Shown in pieces: positions 28,088 through 37,256 of a stretch of 64,000 nucleotides of DNA. The position numbers were made by a program, and so were the translations under genes. This stretch comes from an uncultured Chthonomonas sp. (GTDB lineage: Bacteria; Armatimonadota; Fimbriimonadia; Fimbriimonadales; Fimbriimonadaceae), in the NCBI GenBank assembly GCA_964496145.1, contig CAZBXR010000002.1:3146-67145 (forward strand). Reading direction: 5' to 3'. The notes below the pieces were generated by a model that did no database searches, was not told the origin of the DNA, and saw only the letters and a list, made by a program, of their open reading frames with translations. The first letter of the stretch is position 1. Each line of letters starts with the position of its first letter.

Positions 28088-28515
28088 AGAATCGACTCCT
28101 CCTTCTCTCCATTGCCCTTGTGGGCATCTCTATTCTTGGTTGTGGATCCGGTAGCACCGAAGAAACCACCAAGAAAGAAGAATCAGCCCCCGCGAGTGCT
28201 TCGAAAGAAGCGGCTCCTTCCGCACCTGTGGCGGCGGGATTTGCGGCCGTGCAAGCTGTGCTTACGAAGAATTGTGCAAATTGCCATTCTGGCCCCGACG
28301 CAAAGGAAGGCGTGAAGCTCACGAGCTATGAAGAAGTCATGGCGGGCGGCGAACACGGCCCGATCGTGAAGGCCGGAGACCCCGAGGCAAGCCTGCTCTA
28401 CAAGGTGATCTCAGGAGCGCCCGGAGTCAAAAAAATGCCGCCGAAAGCACCGCTTTCGACGGACGAGATTGCCCTGATCGCCGACTGGATCAAGGCAGGA
28501 GCGGCAAAGAGCTAA
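28084..28515 (+). CDS. lipoprotein with a PSCyt1-like c-type cytochrome domain
   Basis: It has an ATGA overlap with the previous gene, the lipobox ILGCGS, CANCHSGPDAKEGVKLTSY and KMPP. Confidence 0.75.
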   Translation: MKNRLLLLSIALVGISILGCGSGSTEETTKKEESAPASASKEAAPSAPVAAGFAAVQAVLTKNCANCHSGPDAKEGVKLTSYEEVMAGGEHGPIVKAGDPEASLLYKVISGAPGVKKMPPKAPLSTDEIALIADWIKAGAAKS

Positions 28516-28992
28516 CTACTCAGTCTTAGCCTGCCAATCCTTCGAAGTATTTCCAACGTCCTTTACTACCTTGTCCACGACCCGCTTCATCACATCCGGT
28601 GTGATGGAGCGGTTGTCTATGGGGTGAGCCAACATCAACCTGTCATCCTTCGTGAGGTAGAAGAAGGATGGCTGGACGGATCCATTTTGCCGAAGAAGCG
28701 CCTTGAATTGGTCACCAGTTGGATTCGATCCTAGATGAACCGTCAGCCAAACGTAATTCTTGCTTGGAGAAATTTCGGCCCCTACGGGGATGTTAAACGC
28801 GTCGGTCTTGACGTCAATCTGGGCTTTTTCCTTGCCAACCTCCGTTCCGATATCCTTGACTGTGTATCCCAGATTCGAAATCATCGTTTTCAGCTTAGGG
28901 TAGTCAAGCTGGTCTGGTTCGGCAAAGCCGATAAGTACGGGAATCGCACAAGTGACGGCAACGAGCCCGAAAATCTTTGTTCGCGTCTTCAT
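28516..28992 (-). CDS. hypothetical secreted protein (possibly YbjN-like fold)
   Basis: The start was chosen at MKTRTKIFGLVAVTCAIPVLIGFA. The assignment to a family is weak. Confidence 0.5.
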   Translation of the reverse strand: MKTRTKIFGLVAVTCAIPVLIGFAEPDQLDYPKLKTMISNLGYTVKDIGTEVGKEKAQIDVKTDAFNIPVGAEISPSKNYVWLTVHLGSNPTGDQFKALLRQNGSVQPSFFYLTKDDRLMLAHPIDNRSITPDVMKRVVDKVVKDVGNTSKDWQAKTE

Positions 28993-29110
28993 GCCTCTTA
29001 TTATAGGCGAGCGATTCAGGATCTGCCGCCATTTCGCACGATATAGAGTCGCGTGGGTCGATCTCTCTGGCAAGCAGAGGGGCCTTTCCTTCAAGATAAG
29101 GAGAAGAACC

Positions 29111-29911
29111 ATGTTTACTCTTGCCGTTTCTCTCTCCATCCTTCCCGTCCTCGCTTTGGGCGCGCCTTCGGTAGAAGGTAGTACCGTCACCTATACATCG
29201 GGCGGTGAGAAAATGGAGGGCTATGTTGCGTATCAGCCGGCCCTCTCCAGTGTCCGCCCCGGAATCTTAATCGTCCACCAGTGGGCGGGCCTGACTGAGT
29301 ACGAAAAGATGCGTGCTCGCCAACTCGCCGAACTTGGCTACGTGGCATTCTGCGTGGACATCTATGGCCAAGGGGTTCGTCCGGAAACCGCGGCTGAACG
29401 AGGCAAACAGGCAGGATTTTACAAAGGAAACCGGCCCCTCTTCCGAGAAAGGCTCGCGTCTGGCCTGAAAGAGCTCACCATGATGAAGAATGTCGACACG
29501 AAGCAGGTCGCGGTGATCGGTTATTGCTTCGGGGGAACAGGCGCGCTTGAGCTGGCGAGATCGGGAGCCGATGTAAAGGGCGCGGTCAGTTTCCACGGCG
29601 GTCTCGATAACCCCACCCCAGAAAACGCAAAGAATATTAGGGCGAAGGTGCTGGTCCTTCACGGTGCCGACGACCCATTTGTCCCCAAGGCTCAAGTCGA
29701 TGCGTTCAAGGCAGAAATGAAGGCGGCAAAGAAGCCTTTTGAGTTCGTGGCGTACCCAGGAGCTGTCCACTCCTTTACGCACAAAGACGCCGGAAACGAC
29801 CCGAAGACAGGCGCTGCTTACAACGAAGAAGCGGACAAAAAGAGCTGGGCGGCGATGCTTTCGTTCTTCAACAAGATTTTCAAAACGAAGTCCATCGGAA
29901 CCTCCCGCTGA
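29111..29911 (+). CDS. dienelactone hydrolase family protein, secreted
   Basis: AAGGAGAAG lies upstream of the ATG at 29111. Motifs are GYCFGG, LHGADD and GAVHSF. Confidence 0.85.
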   Translation: MFTLAVSLSILPVLALGAPSVEGSTVTYTSGGEKMEGYVAYQPALSSVRPGILIVHQWAGLTEYEKMRARQLAELGYVAFCVDIYGQGVRPETAAERGKQAGFYKGNRPLFRERLASGLKELTMMKNVDTKQVAVIGYCFGGTGALELARSGADVKGAVSFHGGLDNPTPENAKNIRAKVLVLHGADDPFVPKAQVDAFKAEMKAAKKPFEFVAYPGAVHSFTHKDAGNDPKTGAAYNEEADKKSWAAMLSFFNKIFKTKSIGTSR

Positions 29912-29954
29912 GGGAACGTTGATTCCGTCGACGCGGAATACTCGAAAGTAAAAG

Positions 29955-29981
29955 TGCCGCCCCTGTGGAAAGGGGGCGGCA
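29955..29981 (-). terminator. hairpin terminator between convergent genes
   Basis: TGCCGCCCC-N9-GGGGCGGCA forms the stem. A T-rich run follows on the minus strand. Confidence 0.6.
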
Positions 29982-30019
29982 AACTACATAGATTGCTTTT
30001 GGAAAGAAGTTTGAAGAAG

Positions 30020-30739
30020 TTACTTCTTGTTGCGTCGTCGGCTGATGGCGGCAAGACCAAGGCCGATGGCTGCGATGGAAGCAGGTTCTGGAACTGGGCT
30101 ACCGGCGACTTCGACCATGTCGAAGCGGAGAGTTCCTGTGGTTCCGTAAGCTGCACCGGACGAGCTCACATAGGCGCTCGTCGAAGGAGCGAAGATCGTG
30201 GTGACTCGGAACCCGAAGTTTGCGTTGTTGTTCACGCCTGCGATGGCAGAAAGGTCAACTGTTCGGTCGTTGAACCAAGTGTCGCCCGAAGTCGCTTCGA
30301 AAACTCCACCGTTGAGCAAGCCAACGGAAGAGAAATTGGTGCCGTCCGTGGTGTATTCGAATTGAATGAACTTGCTCACCGAGTTGCTGTGTCGGTTGTC
30401 CCATTGCACAATAATGTCTTTTTGACCGAGTGTGGAAACGTTGAATCGAGCGCCTCGTGTTCCCGAGCCTGTGCCTTGAGCTGCCCAAGTGGAAAGGTTC
30501 CAAGCTGCATCGTCTGCCACTTCGGGATCGGTCGAGCCGGTTCCGCTGTTGCCGGAAGCGAATGTTGAGGTCGCGCCACCGAGGAGAGCGGCCGTGCCTG
30601 CGCCAACCTTTGGAGAGAGCGTTCCGGTTCCGGTGTTCGCGTCGCTTGGTTGCGAATTGAAGTCCCAGAGAGTGATGATCGCGGCCTGCGAGGACGCAGC
30701 CATTGCGGCGAGAGCGAGAAGAGACAGGGTTGTTTTCAT
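30020..30739 (-). CDS. PEP-CTERM sorting-domain secreted protein
   Basis: The start was chosen at MKTTLSLLALAAMAASSQA. The C-terminus reads VPEPASIAAIGLGLAAISRRRNKK. Confidence 0.8.
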   Translation of the reverse strand: MKTTLSLLALAAMAASSQAAIITLWDFNSQPSDANTGTGTLSPKVGAGTAALLGGATSTFASGNSGTGSTDPEVADDAAWNLSTWAAQGTGSGTRGARFNVSTLGQKDIIVQWDNRHSNSVSKFIQFEYTTDGTNFSSVGLLNGGVFEATSGDTWFNDRTVDLSAIAGVNNNANFGFRVTTIFAPSTSAYVSSSGAAYGTTGTLRFDMVEVAGSPVPEPASIAAIGLGLAAISRRRNKK

Positions 30740-30860
30740 GGTCGTTTTTCCTTTCGTACCGATCCAATCGATCGGTAAGTCTATTGTTTCGTGGGGATGT
30801 TGAGGCAAGGTTAAGGGCGGGCAGGCTTAGCAGAACCTTAACCCGCCCTCGTTCCTTTGT

Positions 30861-32318
30861 TTAGAGAATCTCGTCCCCAGCCAGGTTGTAGTTGTCGCTG
30901 AGGATGAAGTAGTCGAGCAGATCGACTGAACCGTCCTCGTTGAAGTCGGCGTTGGCATCGAATCCTGCGTCGCCCGTCGAGAGGTTGTAGCTATCGGAGA
31001 GAGCGAAGTAGTCGAGCAAATCGATGCTGTTGTCGCCGTTGGCGTCGCCATTTGGCAAGATCACCGTGGGAAGCGTCACCGACGCTCCGTTGGCAACGAA
31101 CGAGGCACTTGCTTTTTGGAGCCAGTGGCCCGTTCGAACGTAAACCTTGTGCGATCCGCTCACAGCCTTCGTCGTAACCGTGAGATTTCCAGCGAAGTTC
31201 ACGAATCCGTTTGTGGTGTCCACAACGTTTCCGTTCGCATCCACAACGACCGCGGTCAACGTCTTATCGGCGTCGAGATCGAAGTCGCCGAGGTTCACCG
31301 GAACCACGACTTCAGTCGTCGCCGATGGAGATTCGGCGATGCCTCGGAAAATGTAGTTCGTAGGAGCCGTGGCGATGACCGTGCTGCTGCTCAGATCCTC
31401 GGGAACCTTGACGAGAGTGGCGCCGCTGGCGCGCAGGCCGTAGAAGAACCCATCCTTATAGATGAAGTTGTTCATACCGCCCGTGGTGGCACCGGTTCGG
31501 CCTGTTTCCACCCAGACTCCGCTCTGAAGTTCGAAGCGAACGAGACCAAAGGCATTCGTGCTGCTGCTGAGGATGACCTTCGTGGGCGAAAGGAACACAA
31601 AGTCTCGGATCGAACCCGCAAGCCCGATCAACGGATTTGCAAGAACGAGGCTGGTCGGCGTTCCGTTGATTTGGTAGAACGAGTTTCCGAGGGTCTGTCC
31701 GCCAAAGACGTTGTCATCGGAGCTGGTGTAAAAAATATCGGAGCCGTAGAACCCAAGGGCTCGAACGCTCGTTCGGTCGCCGTCCAGCGCGGGGAAGTCA
31801 GTGATTTTCGTCCCCGTTGAACTGCCCCAACTGAAGAGGTCAACGCCGCCCGTGCCAGTTCCTGTGTAGATCGTGTTGCCATCTTTCGAGATTGCGGTGC
31901 GGAAACTATCTCCGTCAGTTTGATCAATCCCGAGCACGCGACCGAAGTCAACCACTCCGCTGGCGGGGATTCGTGCGACCATTCGATCGGAGAAAAGCCC
32001 CGGTTGCCCGACGCCAGGAGCATCGGCATAACCCGCTACCAAGAGGTACCGACCGTCTTGGCTCAGGGTGACTTGGTTCTCCGAGGTCTCGTCGGGTTGA
32101 CCTGTGATTCGCTGACCCGCGGTTGTGAATGGCATGGGGACGTCCACGCCAACCTGGGTTCCCGCGGTGCTGTATTGCCGAAGCGTGATCGGATACGTCG
32201 TGGCGGCCGAGGTGGCGGTCCCGTCGCCCAACATGGTCACGACCAAGTTTCCGGACGAGAAGTTTGCGAAGCTCTGGGCGGTGAGGCCCGCGAGAAGAAG
32301 AGTCGAGAGTTTTTTCAT
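30861..32318 (-). CDS. secreted protein with a C-terminal pair of dockerin-like Ca-binding repeats
   Basis: The start was chosen at MKKLSTLLLAGLTAQSFA. The C-terminus reads GDANGDNSIDLLDYFALSDSYN...DFNEDGSVDLLDYFILSDNYN. Confidence 0.8.
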   Translation of the reverse strand: MKKLSTLLLAGLTAQSFANFSSGNLVVTMLGDGTATSAATTYPITLRQYSTAGTQVGVDVPMPFTTAGQRITGQPDETSENQVTLSQDGRYLLVAGYADAPGVGQPGLFSDRMVARIPASGVVDFGRVLGIDQTDGDSFRTAISKDGNTIYTGTGTGGVDLFSWGSSTGTKITDFPALDGDRTSVRALGFYGSDIFYTSSDDNVFGGQTLGNSFYQINGTPTSLVLANPLIGLAGSIRDFVFLSPTKVILSSSTNAFGLVRFELQSGVWVETGRTGATTGGMNNFIYKDGFFYGLRASGATLVKVPEDLSSSTVIATAPTNYIFRGIAESPSATTEVVVPVNLGDFDLDADKTLTAVVVDANGNVVDTTNGFVNFAGNLTVTTKAVSGSHKVYVRTGHWLQKASASFVANGASVTLPTVILPNGDANGDNSIDLLDYFALSDSYNLSTGDAGFDANADFNEDGSVDLLDYFILSDNYNLAGDEIL

Positions 32319-32349
32319 AGCAATGGTCCTTTCTTTCGTGCGAAATGCG

Positions 32350-33240
32350 TTAGCGGCTGATGCAGGTTCCGTTCGGGGCGAGTTCATCAGAGGCAGAAGT
32401 CCAGCCTCCGCAGTCTCCGGTAGCTCCACCGGCTCCGTCTTCAGGAAGTCGGAAACCCCAATCTGTTGCCTGAGGCTCGGTTCGGCGTCGCTCGGAACTA
32501 AACCGGTACTTCATGTAACCGGCGTGACCGTCGATGTAGACCACGTTTCCGCCGTCGTTATGGGGAAACTGCTTGCCGCGATCTTGGCCGGTGTCGTGGA
32601 GGTTCCGGGCCTGGATCCCGTCCAGCCCCGAGTTCACGGTGAGGAGCTTCCACAGCTCGTCCCCTTCCATATCCGGGTCAATGCCTTCTAGGAACAAATA
32701 GCTTCCGGCGGGGTCTTCCCACGTGGTTGCGCTCGGCCAGTCGTCAGAGATGTGCTCGTTCAACGAGTAATTGGTGTAGTAAAAGTATCGATTTGCGGCG
32801 TCTCGCTGTAGCCCGTGGCTCTCGGCAAAGGTTCGGAACTGGGCAATGGTGCATCCGCCCCGGGTCCAGTTGCCGGCGCCATCGAGAATCTGGAGGCGCT
32901 TGCTCGTGGGGCAAGTATAGATATCGCCCCCGGTCCCCTTGAAATTGTCCGGAGCCTTCTTTTGAAGGTACGGGCGCATGAGGAATGGCCAGTAGTGTTT
33001 GCCCCAGTCTCCGCCGGGAGCCGTACTACATGTGTTTCCGGAGAAGTATTGGTCGTCGTAGTCTCCGAGGTAGAGAACGGACGCGGTGCCAAGCTGCTTC
33101 ATGTTGCTCAAGCAGACGGTCTTTTTGGCCGCGCTTTTCGCTTGGGCAAAGACAGGGAAGAGGATCGCGGCAAGGATTGCGATAATCGCAATCACGACAA
33201 GAAGCTCGATCAGGGTGAATGCTCGTGGAGCGGTCTTCAT
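32350..33240 (-). CDS. prepilin-type N-terminal cleavage/methylation domain protein, H-X9-DG (DUF1559-like)
   Basis: It contains [24 protein letters not shown] and [12 protein letters not shown]. Confidence 0.85.
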   Translation of the reverse strand: MKTAPRAFTLIELLVVIAIIAILAAILFPVFAQAKSAAKKTVCLSNMKQLGTASVLYLGDYDDQYFSGNTCSTAPGGDWGKHYWPFLMRPYLQKKAPDNFKGTGGDIYTCPTSKRLQILDGAGNWTRGGCTIAQFRTFAESHGLQRDAANRYFYYTNYSLNEHISDDWPSATTWEDPAGSYLFLEGIDPDMEGDELWKLLTVNSGLDGIQARNLHDTGQDRGKQFPHNDGGNVVYIDGHAGYMKYRFSSERRRTEPQATDWGFRLPEDGAGGATGDCGGWTSASDELAPNGTCISR

Positions 33241-33348
33241 CTTGGCCCCAGTATCGGCGGCCCTTGTTAAGTGAAGATTGTCAACCGGTTAAGGGAATGT
33301 GATTCACAAAGAAATGCTCGAAATAACCGACCAAGCGCCCGGTGGGGG

Positions 33349-33377
33349 TTGAAAATCCAGCGGGCGTCTGGTATGAT
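33349..33377 (+). promoter_or_regulatory. sigma70-type promoter for rpmJ-rpsM-rpsK-rpoA-rplQ
   Basis: TTGAAA, a 17-nt spacer and TATGAT (with TG 2 nt upstream) lie about 115 nt upstream of the rpmJ ATG. Confidence 0.6.
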
Positions 33378-33493
33378 ACGAGGTCGCGCAAGCGTGTGCG
33401 CTCCTTTTCTTGTCACCGCGAGGAGCACGCTGCTGCCGAACCTTTATTTGCCCCGAAACGGGCACCTTGAAGAAGATAGACGCAGGAAAACCC

Positions 33494-33607
33494 ATGAAAG
33501 TCAGGGCCAGTGTGAAAAAGATTTGTGACAAGTGCAAGGTCATTAAGCGGGCAGGTGTTGTCCGCGTGATCTGCGTGAACCCTAAGCATAAGCAGCGACA
33601 GGGCTAA
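33494..33607 (+). CDS. rpmJ: 50S ribosomal protein L36
   Basis: It encodes [37 protein letters not shown]. It is shorter than the listed ORF at 33410. Confidence 0.95.
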   Translation: MKVRASVKKICDKCKVIKRAGVVRVICVNPKHKQRQG

Positions 33608-33628
33608 TCCGGAGGAACCAAGAAAAAA

Positions 33629-34003
33629 GTGGCACGTATTGCCGGTATCGATCTACCGCGAGAAAAAGCGATTCTGTACGCTCTTCCCCTTATTTACGGG
33701 ATAGGGCGCGTAAACGCGCGTATCATTATTGAGCGCGCCGGTCTAGACCCCCGAACCAAGGTGAAGGAACTCACCGATGCCCAAGTGGGTAAGTTGCGGG
33801 AAATGATCGATGACTATCAAGTCGAAGGAGACCTGCGCCGCGAGGTGTACGCCAACATTCGACGACTGATGGAAATCGGTTGTTATCGCGGGCTCCGCCA
33901 CCGACGTGGTCTGCCAACGCGGGGTCAACGAACTCGAAGCAACGCCCGAACTCGAAAGGGTAAGGCCAAGACCGTTGCTGGAAAGAAGAAGGCGAAGAAG
34001 TAA
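33629..34003 (+). CDS. rpsM: 30S ribosomal protein S13
   Basis: From a GTG start it encodes [12 protein letters not shown]... Confidence 0.95.
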   Translation: MARIAGIDLPREKAILYALPLIYGIGRVNARIIIERAGLDPRTKVKELTDAQVGKLREMIDDYQVEGDLRREVYANIRRLMEIGCYRGLRHRRGLPTRGQRTRSNARTRKGKAKTVAGKKKAKK

Positions 34004-34013
34004 GGAATAACCC

Positions 34014-34406
34014 ATGGCAAGAAAGCAAGTCGTACGAGGAAAGCAAAAAGAAAAACGACAGGTGCCCGTGGGGAATGCCTACATTCAAAGCACCTTCAAC
34101 AACACGATTGTTACGCTCACAGACCCCCAGGGCAATACGCTCTGCTGGTCGAGCGCAGGCAACGTCAACTTTAAGGGAAGCCGAAAGGGCACGCCATTTG
34201 CCGCCCAATTGGCAAGCGAAAACGCCGTCAAGAAGAGCTATGACTTCGGTCTGCGCAAGGTGGATGTTTTCGTGTGCGGTCCCGGAAGCGGTCGCGAAAC
34301 TGCGATTCGCGCCCTCCAAGCTGCTGGCCTGGAAGTTATGTCCATCCGCGACGTGACTCCTCTCCCGCACAACGGTTGCCGCCCTCCTAAGAAGCGACGC
34401 GTCTAA
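34014..34406 (+). CDS. rpsK: 30S ribosomal protein S11
   Basis: The sequence [18 protein letters not shown] is typical of S11. Confidence 0.95.
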   Translation: MARKQVVRGKQKEKRQVPVGNAYIQSTFNNTIVTLTDPQGNTLCWSSAGNVNFKGSRKGTPFAAQLASENAVKKSYDFGLRKVDVFVCGPGSGRETAIRALQAAGLEVMSIRDVTPLPHNGCRPPKKRRV

Positions 34407-34508
34407 TGATGGTGGACCTGAGAAGTCTTTGACCTCTCAGGTCCTATCGTCTAGCCCTGACTCAAAAAATTTATTGAACTAGCCCTGCATTGACAGGGCC
34501 CACGAACT

Positions 34509-35501
34509 ATGCCGCATATCCAAACTCTTGAACTGAACTCGGAAACTGGAAAGTTTGTGCTGGAGCCGCTTGAGCGCGGATTCGGCCAAACGATCGGGAA
34601 TGCCCTGCGCCGGGTGCTCCTTAGCCAGATCCAAGGCGCGGCCATTACGGCTATCAAGATCGATAAGGTCTTCCACGAGTTTGCTCCTATTCCCGGAGTG
34701 AAGGAAGACACCACTCAGCTCATTCTTAACCTGAAGAACGTTGCGATCCGATGCGATTTCGAAACCACCCCTCCGGACGAAGTCGTACTTCAACTCGACG
34801 TGAAGGGTCCTGGACGAGTGACAGGCGCCGATATCGTTTGCCCACCAGGAACCGTGGTGGTGAATCCCGACGTGTACATCGCCACGATCAGTGATGCGAA
34901 GTCCAGTCTCACCATGGACCTCTTCGTCAATTGGGGTAGCGGATACGTCCTCCCCGATAAGCAAGAGAAGTACAAGGGGACCATCGGGATCATCGCCGTC
35001 GGAAGCCAATTCACCCCGGTACGAAAGAGCAACTACATCGTAGAAGCCACCCGTGTGGGAACTCGAACCGACTACGAGCGGCTCATTCTTGATATCGAAA
35101 CCAACGGTGCCGTCTCGCCAAACGATGCTTTGACGCAGGCTGCCCACATCCTGGATAAGTATTTCCGCATGTTCTTCGAACTGGGTCGCTCGCTGGCCGA
35201 TTTCGAAGACATCGAGGAAGATGACGAGGACGAAGGTCTCACCAACGTTCCCGACATCAAAATCGAAGAGCTCGATTTCTCGCAACGAACGTTCAACTGC
35301 CTCCGACGAGCCAACCTTGGCACCCTAAGAGCATTGGCCGGCGTCACAGAAGCTGACCTGAGCGGAATTCGCGGTTTCGGGAAAAAGTCGCTCACGGAAG
35401 TGCGCGAAAAGCTTGCTGAGCATGGCCTCGCATTGAAGCCCCCCAAGGGCGGATACCGAGCCATTGATCTCCTCGACGATGATGAGGAAGACTTCGACTG
35501 A
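34509..35501 (+). CDS. rpoA: DNA-directed RNA polymerase alpha subunit
   Basis: It is 330 aa long, with an NTD, a CTD containing SQRTFNCLRRANL, and an acidic tail. Confidence 0.95.
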   Translation: MPHIQTLELNSETGKFVLEPLERGFGQTIGNALRRVLLSQIQGAAITAIKIDKVFHEFAPIPGVKEDTTQLILNLKNVAIRCDFETTPPDEVVLQLDVKGPGRVTGADIVCPPGTVVVNPDVYIATISDAKSSLTMDLFVNWGSGYVLPDKQEKYKGTIGIIAVGSQFTPVRKSNYIVEATRVGTRTDYERLILDIETNGAVSPNDALTQAAHILDKYFRMFFELGRSLADFEDIEEDDEDEGLTNVPDIKIEELDFSQRTFNCLRRANLGTLRALAGVTEADLSGIRGFGKKSLTEVREKLAEHGLALKPPKGGYRAIDLLDDDEEDFD

Positions 35502-35542
35502 GACTAGATCTCATTCTTTAAGGACCATTTAGGAAAGCCAAA

Positions 35543-35992
35543 ATGAGGCACAAGAACGACCATAGAAAACTCGGATTGCCAAGCGATCAGCGGCGAGCAC
35601 TTCTCACGAATCTGACTCGTCAAATGATCCGCCACGGCTACGTGCACACCACCTTCGGCCGAGCCAAGGAACTTCAGCGATTGACCGATCGAATGATCAC
35701 TCTCGCAAAGAAGAACGACCTGGCCGCTCGACGCGAAGCGCGAAAGGTGCTCGTGGGCCACAGTAGCTCCTCGCCGAAGCCAGTCAAACTCCTGGCCGGA
35801 AAGAGCGACCTCGAAAAGCTACAACTCCTCAAGGAAAGAAGCTTGATCAACGGGGAAGACCTCGTGAAGCACCTTTTCGATGTAGTTGGACCGCGATTCA
35901 AGGATCGACCAGGCGGCTACACTCGACTGACGAAAACGGGCGTGCGACGCGGCGATGCCGCTACCACTGCAATCGTGGAGTTTGTCGACTAA
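35543..35992 (+). CDS. rplQ: 50S ribosomal protein L17
   Basis: It starts MRHKNDHRKLGLPSDQRRALL... Confidence 0.95.
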   Translation: MRHKNDHRKLGLPSDQRRALLTNLTRQMIRHGYVHTTFGRAKELQRLTDRMITLAKKNDLAARREARKVLVGHSSSSPKPVKLLAGKSDLEKLQLLKERSLINGEDLVKHLFDVVGPRFKDRPGGYTRLTKTGVRRGDAATTAIVEFVD

Positions 35993-36806
35993 AAGAATTC
36001 AGCTTGTCGTCGCATACGACGGCACTGATTTTTGCGGCTGGGCCGCGCAAAAAGGACTGAGAACAGTCCACAGCATATTGACAACTGAAGTTCGCCAGAT
36101 CACAGGCGAGGAAACTGTACTCGTTGGAGCAAGTCGGACCGACAGCGGAGCCCACGCAAAGGGTCAAGTTTGTCACTTTGAAACCGAAGTTCCAATCGAG
36201 CCAAGTCGATGGGCCACCATCTTGAATCGAAAACTACCGGGAGATCTCGCGGTCGTTCGATCCAAACAGGTTCCCAAAACTTGCCACAGTCGATTCAGCC
36301 CGCTCGACCGGCACTATCGATACCGAATTCACATGGGAGTGCGCGATCCAGAACGAGATCGCTACACCTTCAATACTTGGTACAAAATCGATGCTGGTCA
36401 AATTCATCTTGCGGCGCAAGTCTTGCAAGGAGTCCACGATTTCCGTGGATTTAGTGAAGAACTAGAAGAGGATGCGAACTCCATTCGCGAAATCTACTCC
36501 ATTCAAGTCTCGCAACGAAAAGATGAGATCCATCTTGATATCGTCGGAACGGCTTTCCTCCGAGGCATGATGAGACGGATCGCGGGAGGGCTCTTCGAGG
36601 TAGGACGGGGACATCGACCCGCCGAAGATCTGAAAACTCTTTTGAATCCCAAAACTCGGGATTCTCTTGTGTGGCCGGTCGTGCTCCCTGCACGAGGGTT
36701 GACACTCATGAAGATAAGGTACGGGCGACCGTATCATGGCGAATCTCAGTTGTATGAGAAAGAAACAAATTTAGAACAAACCATACGGGAAATGAACAAT
36801 GAATAG
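35955..36806 (+). CDS. truA: tRNA pseudouridine(38-40) synthase
   Basis: It contains YDGTDFCGWAAQ and RTDSGAHAKGQV. The start is uncertain; a TTG at 35982 would shorten the overlap with rplQ. Confidence 0.9.
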   Translation: MPLPLQSWSLSTKRIQLVVAYDGTDFCGWAAQKGLRTVHSILTTEVRQITGEETVLVGASRTDSGAHAKGQVCHFETEVPIEPSRWATILNRKLPGDLAVVRSKQVPKTCHSRFSPLDRHYRYRIHMGVRDPERDRYTFNTWYKIDAGQIHLAAQVLQGVHDFRGFSEELEEDANSIREIYSIQVSQRKDEIHLDIVGTAFLRGMMRRIAGGLFEVGRGHRPAEDLKTLLNPKTRDSLVWPVVLPARGLTLMKIRYGRPYHGESQLYEKETNLEQTIREMNNE

Positions 36807-37236
36807 GACCTATAGCGCAAAACCAAATGATATTGAGCGCAAGTGGTACGTTGTGGACGCTACTGGCATCCCCATCGGCCGACTCGCTGCTCAGGTGGCA
36901 AAGGTGCTTCGCGGAAAGCATAAGCCAACCTTTACCTACAACCAAGACGTAGGTGACAACGTGATCGTGATCAACGCTGAGCGAGCCGTAATGACCGGCC
37001 GCAAAGAGAACGAATTGATCTACTGGCACACCGGATGGCCCGGTGGTCTTCGAAACGTGAGCCGAGGAAAGCTCATGGAAGATGATCCTGTCAAACTGGT
37101 CGAGAAAGTGATCTGGGGAATGATCCCGAAGACCAAACTCGGTCGAGCCACCTTCAAGAAGCTCAAGGTTTATACAGGACCTGACCACAAGCACGAGGCG
37201 CAACAGCCAGAAGTGCTGACCATCGGCAAGAAGTAA
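36799..37236 (+). CDS. rplM: 50S ribosomal protein L13
   Basis: The KWYVVDA motif and the 145-aa length fit L13. Confidence 0.95.
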   Translation: MNRTYSAKPNDIERKWYVVDATGIPIGRLAAQVAKVLRGKHKPTFTYNQDVGDNVIVINAERAVMTGRKENELIYWHTGWPGGLRNVSRGKLMEDDPVKLVEKVIWGMIPKTKLGRATFKKLKVYTGPDHKHEAQQPEVLTIGKK

Positions 37237-37256
37237 GGTCCTAAGAGAAACAAATT

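Noticed and set aside
30805-30850. There is an apparent long inverted repeat, AAGGTTAAGGGCGGG ... AACCTTAACCCGCCC, downstream of the dockerin-tail gene.
   Set aside because: The second copy is the complement rather than the reverse complement of the first. Only GGGCGGG/CCCGCCC can pair, giving 7-8 bp with a 20-nt loop, and no T-tract follows. It was therefore not called as a terminator.
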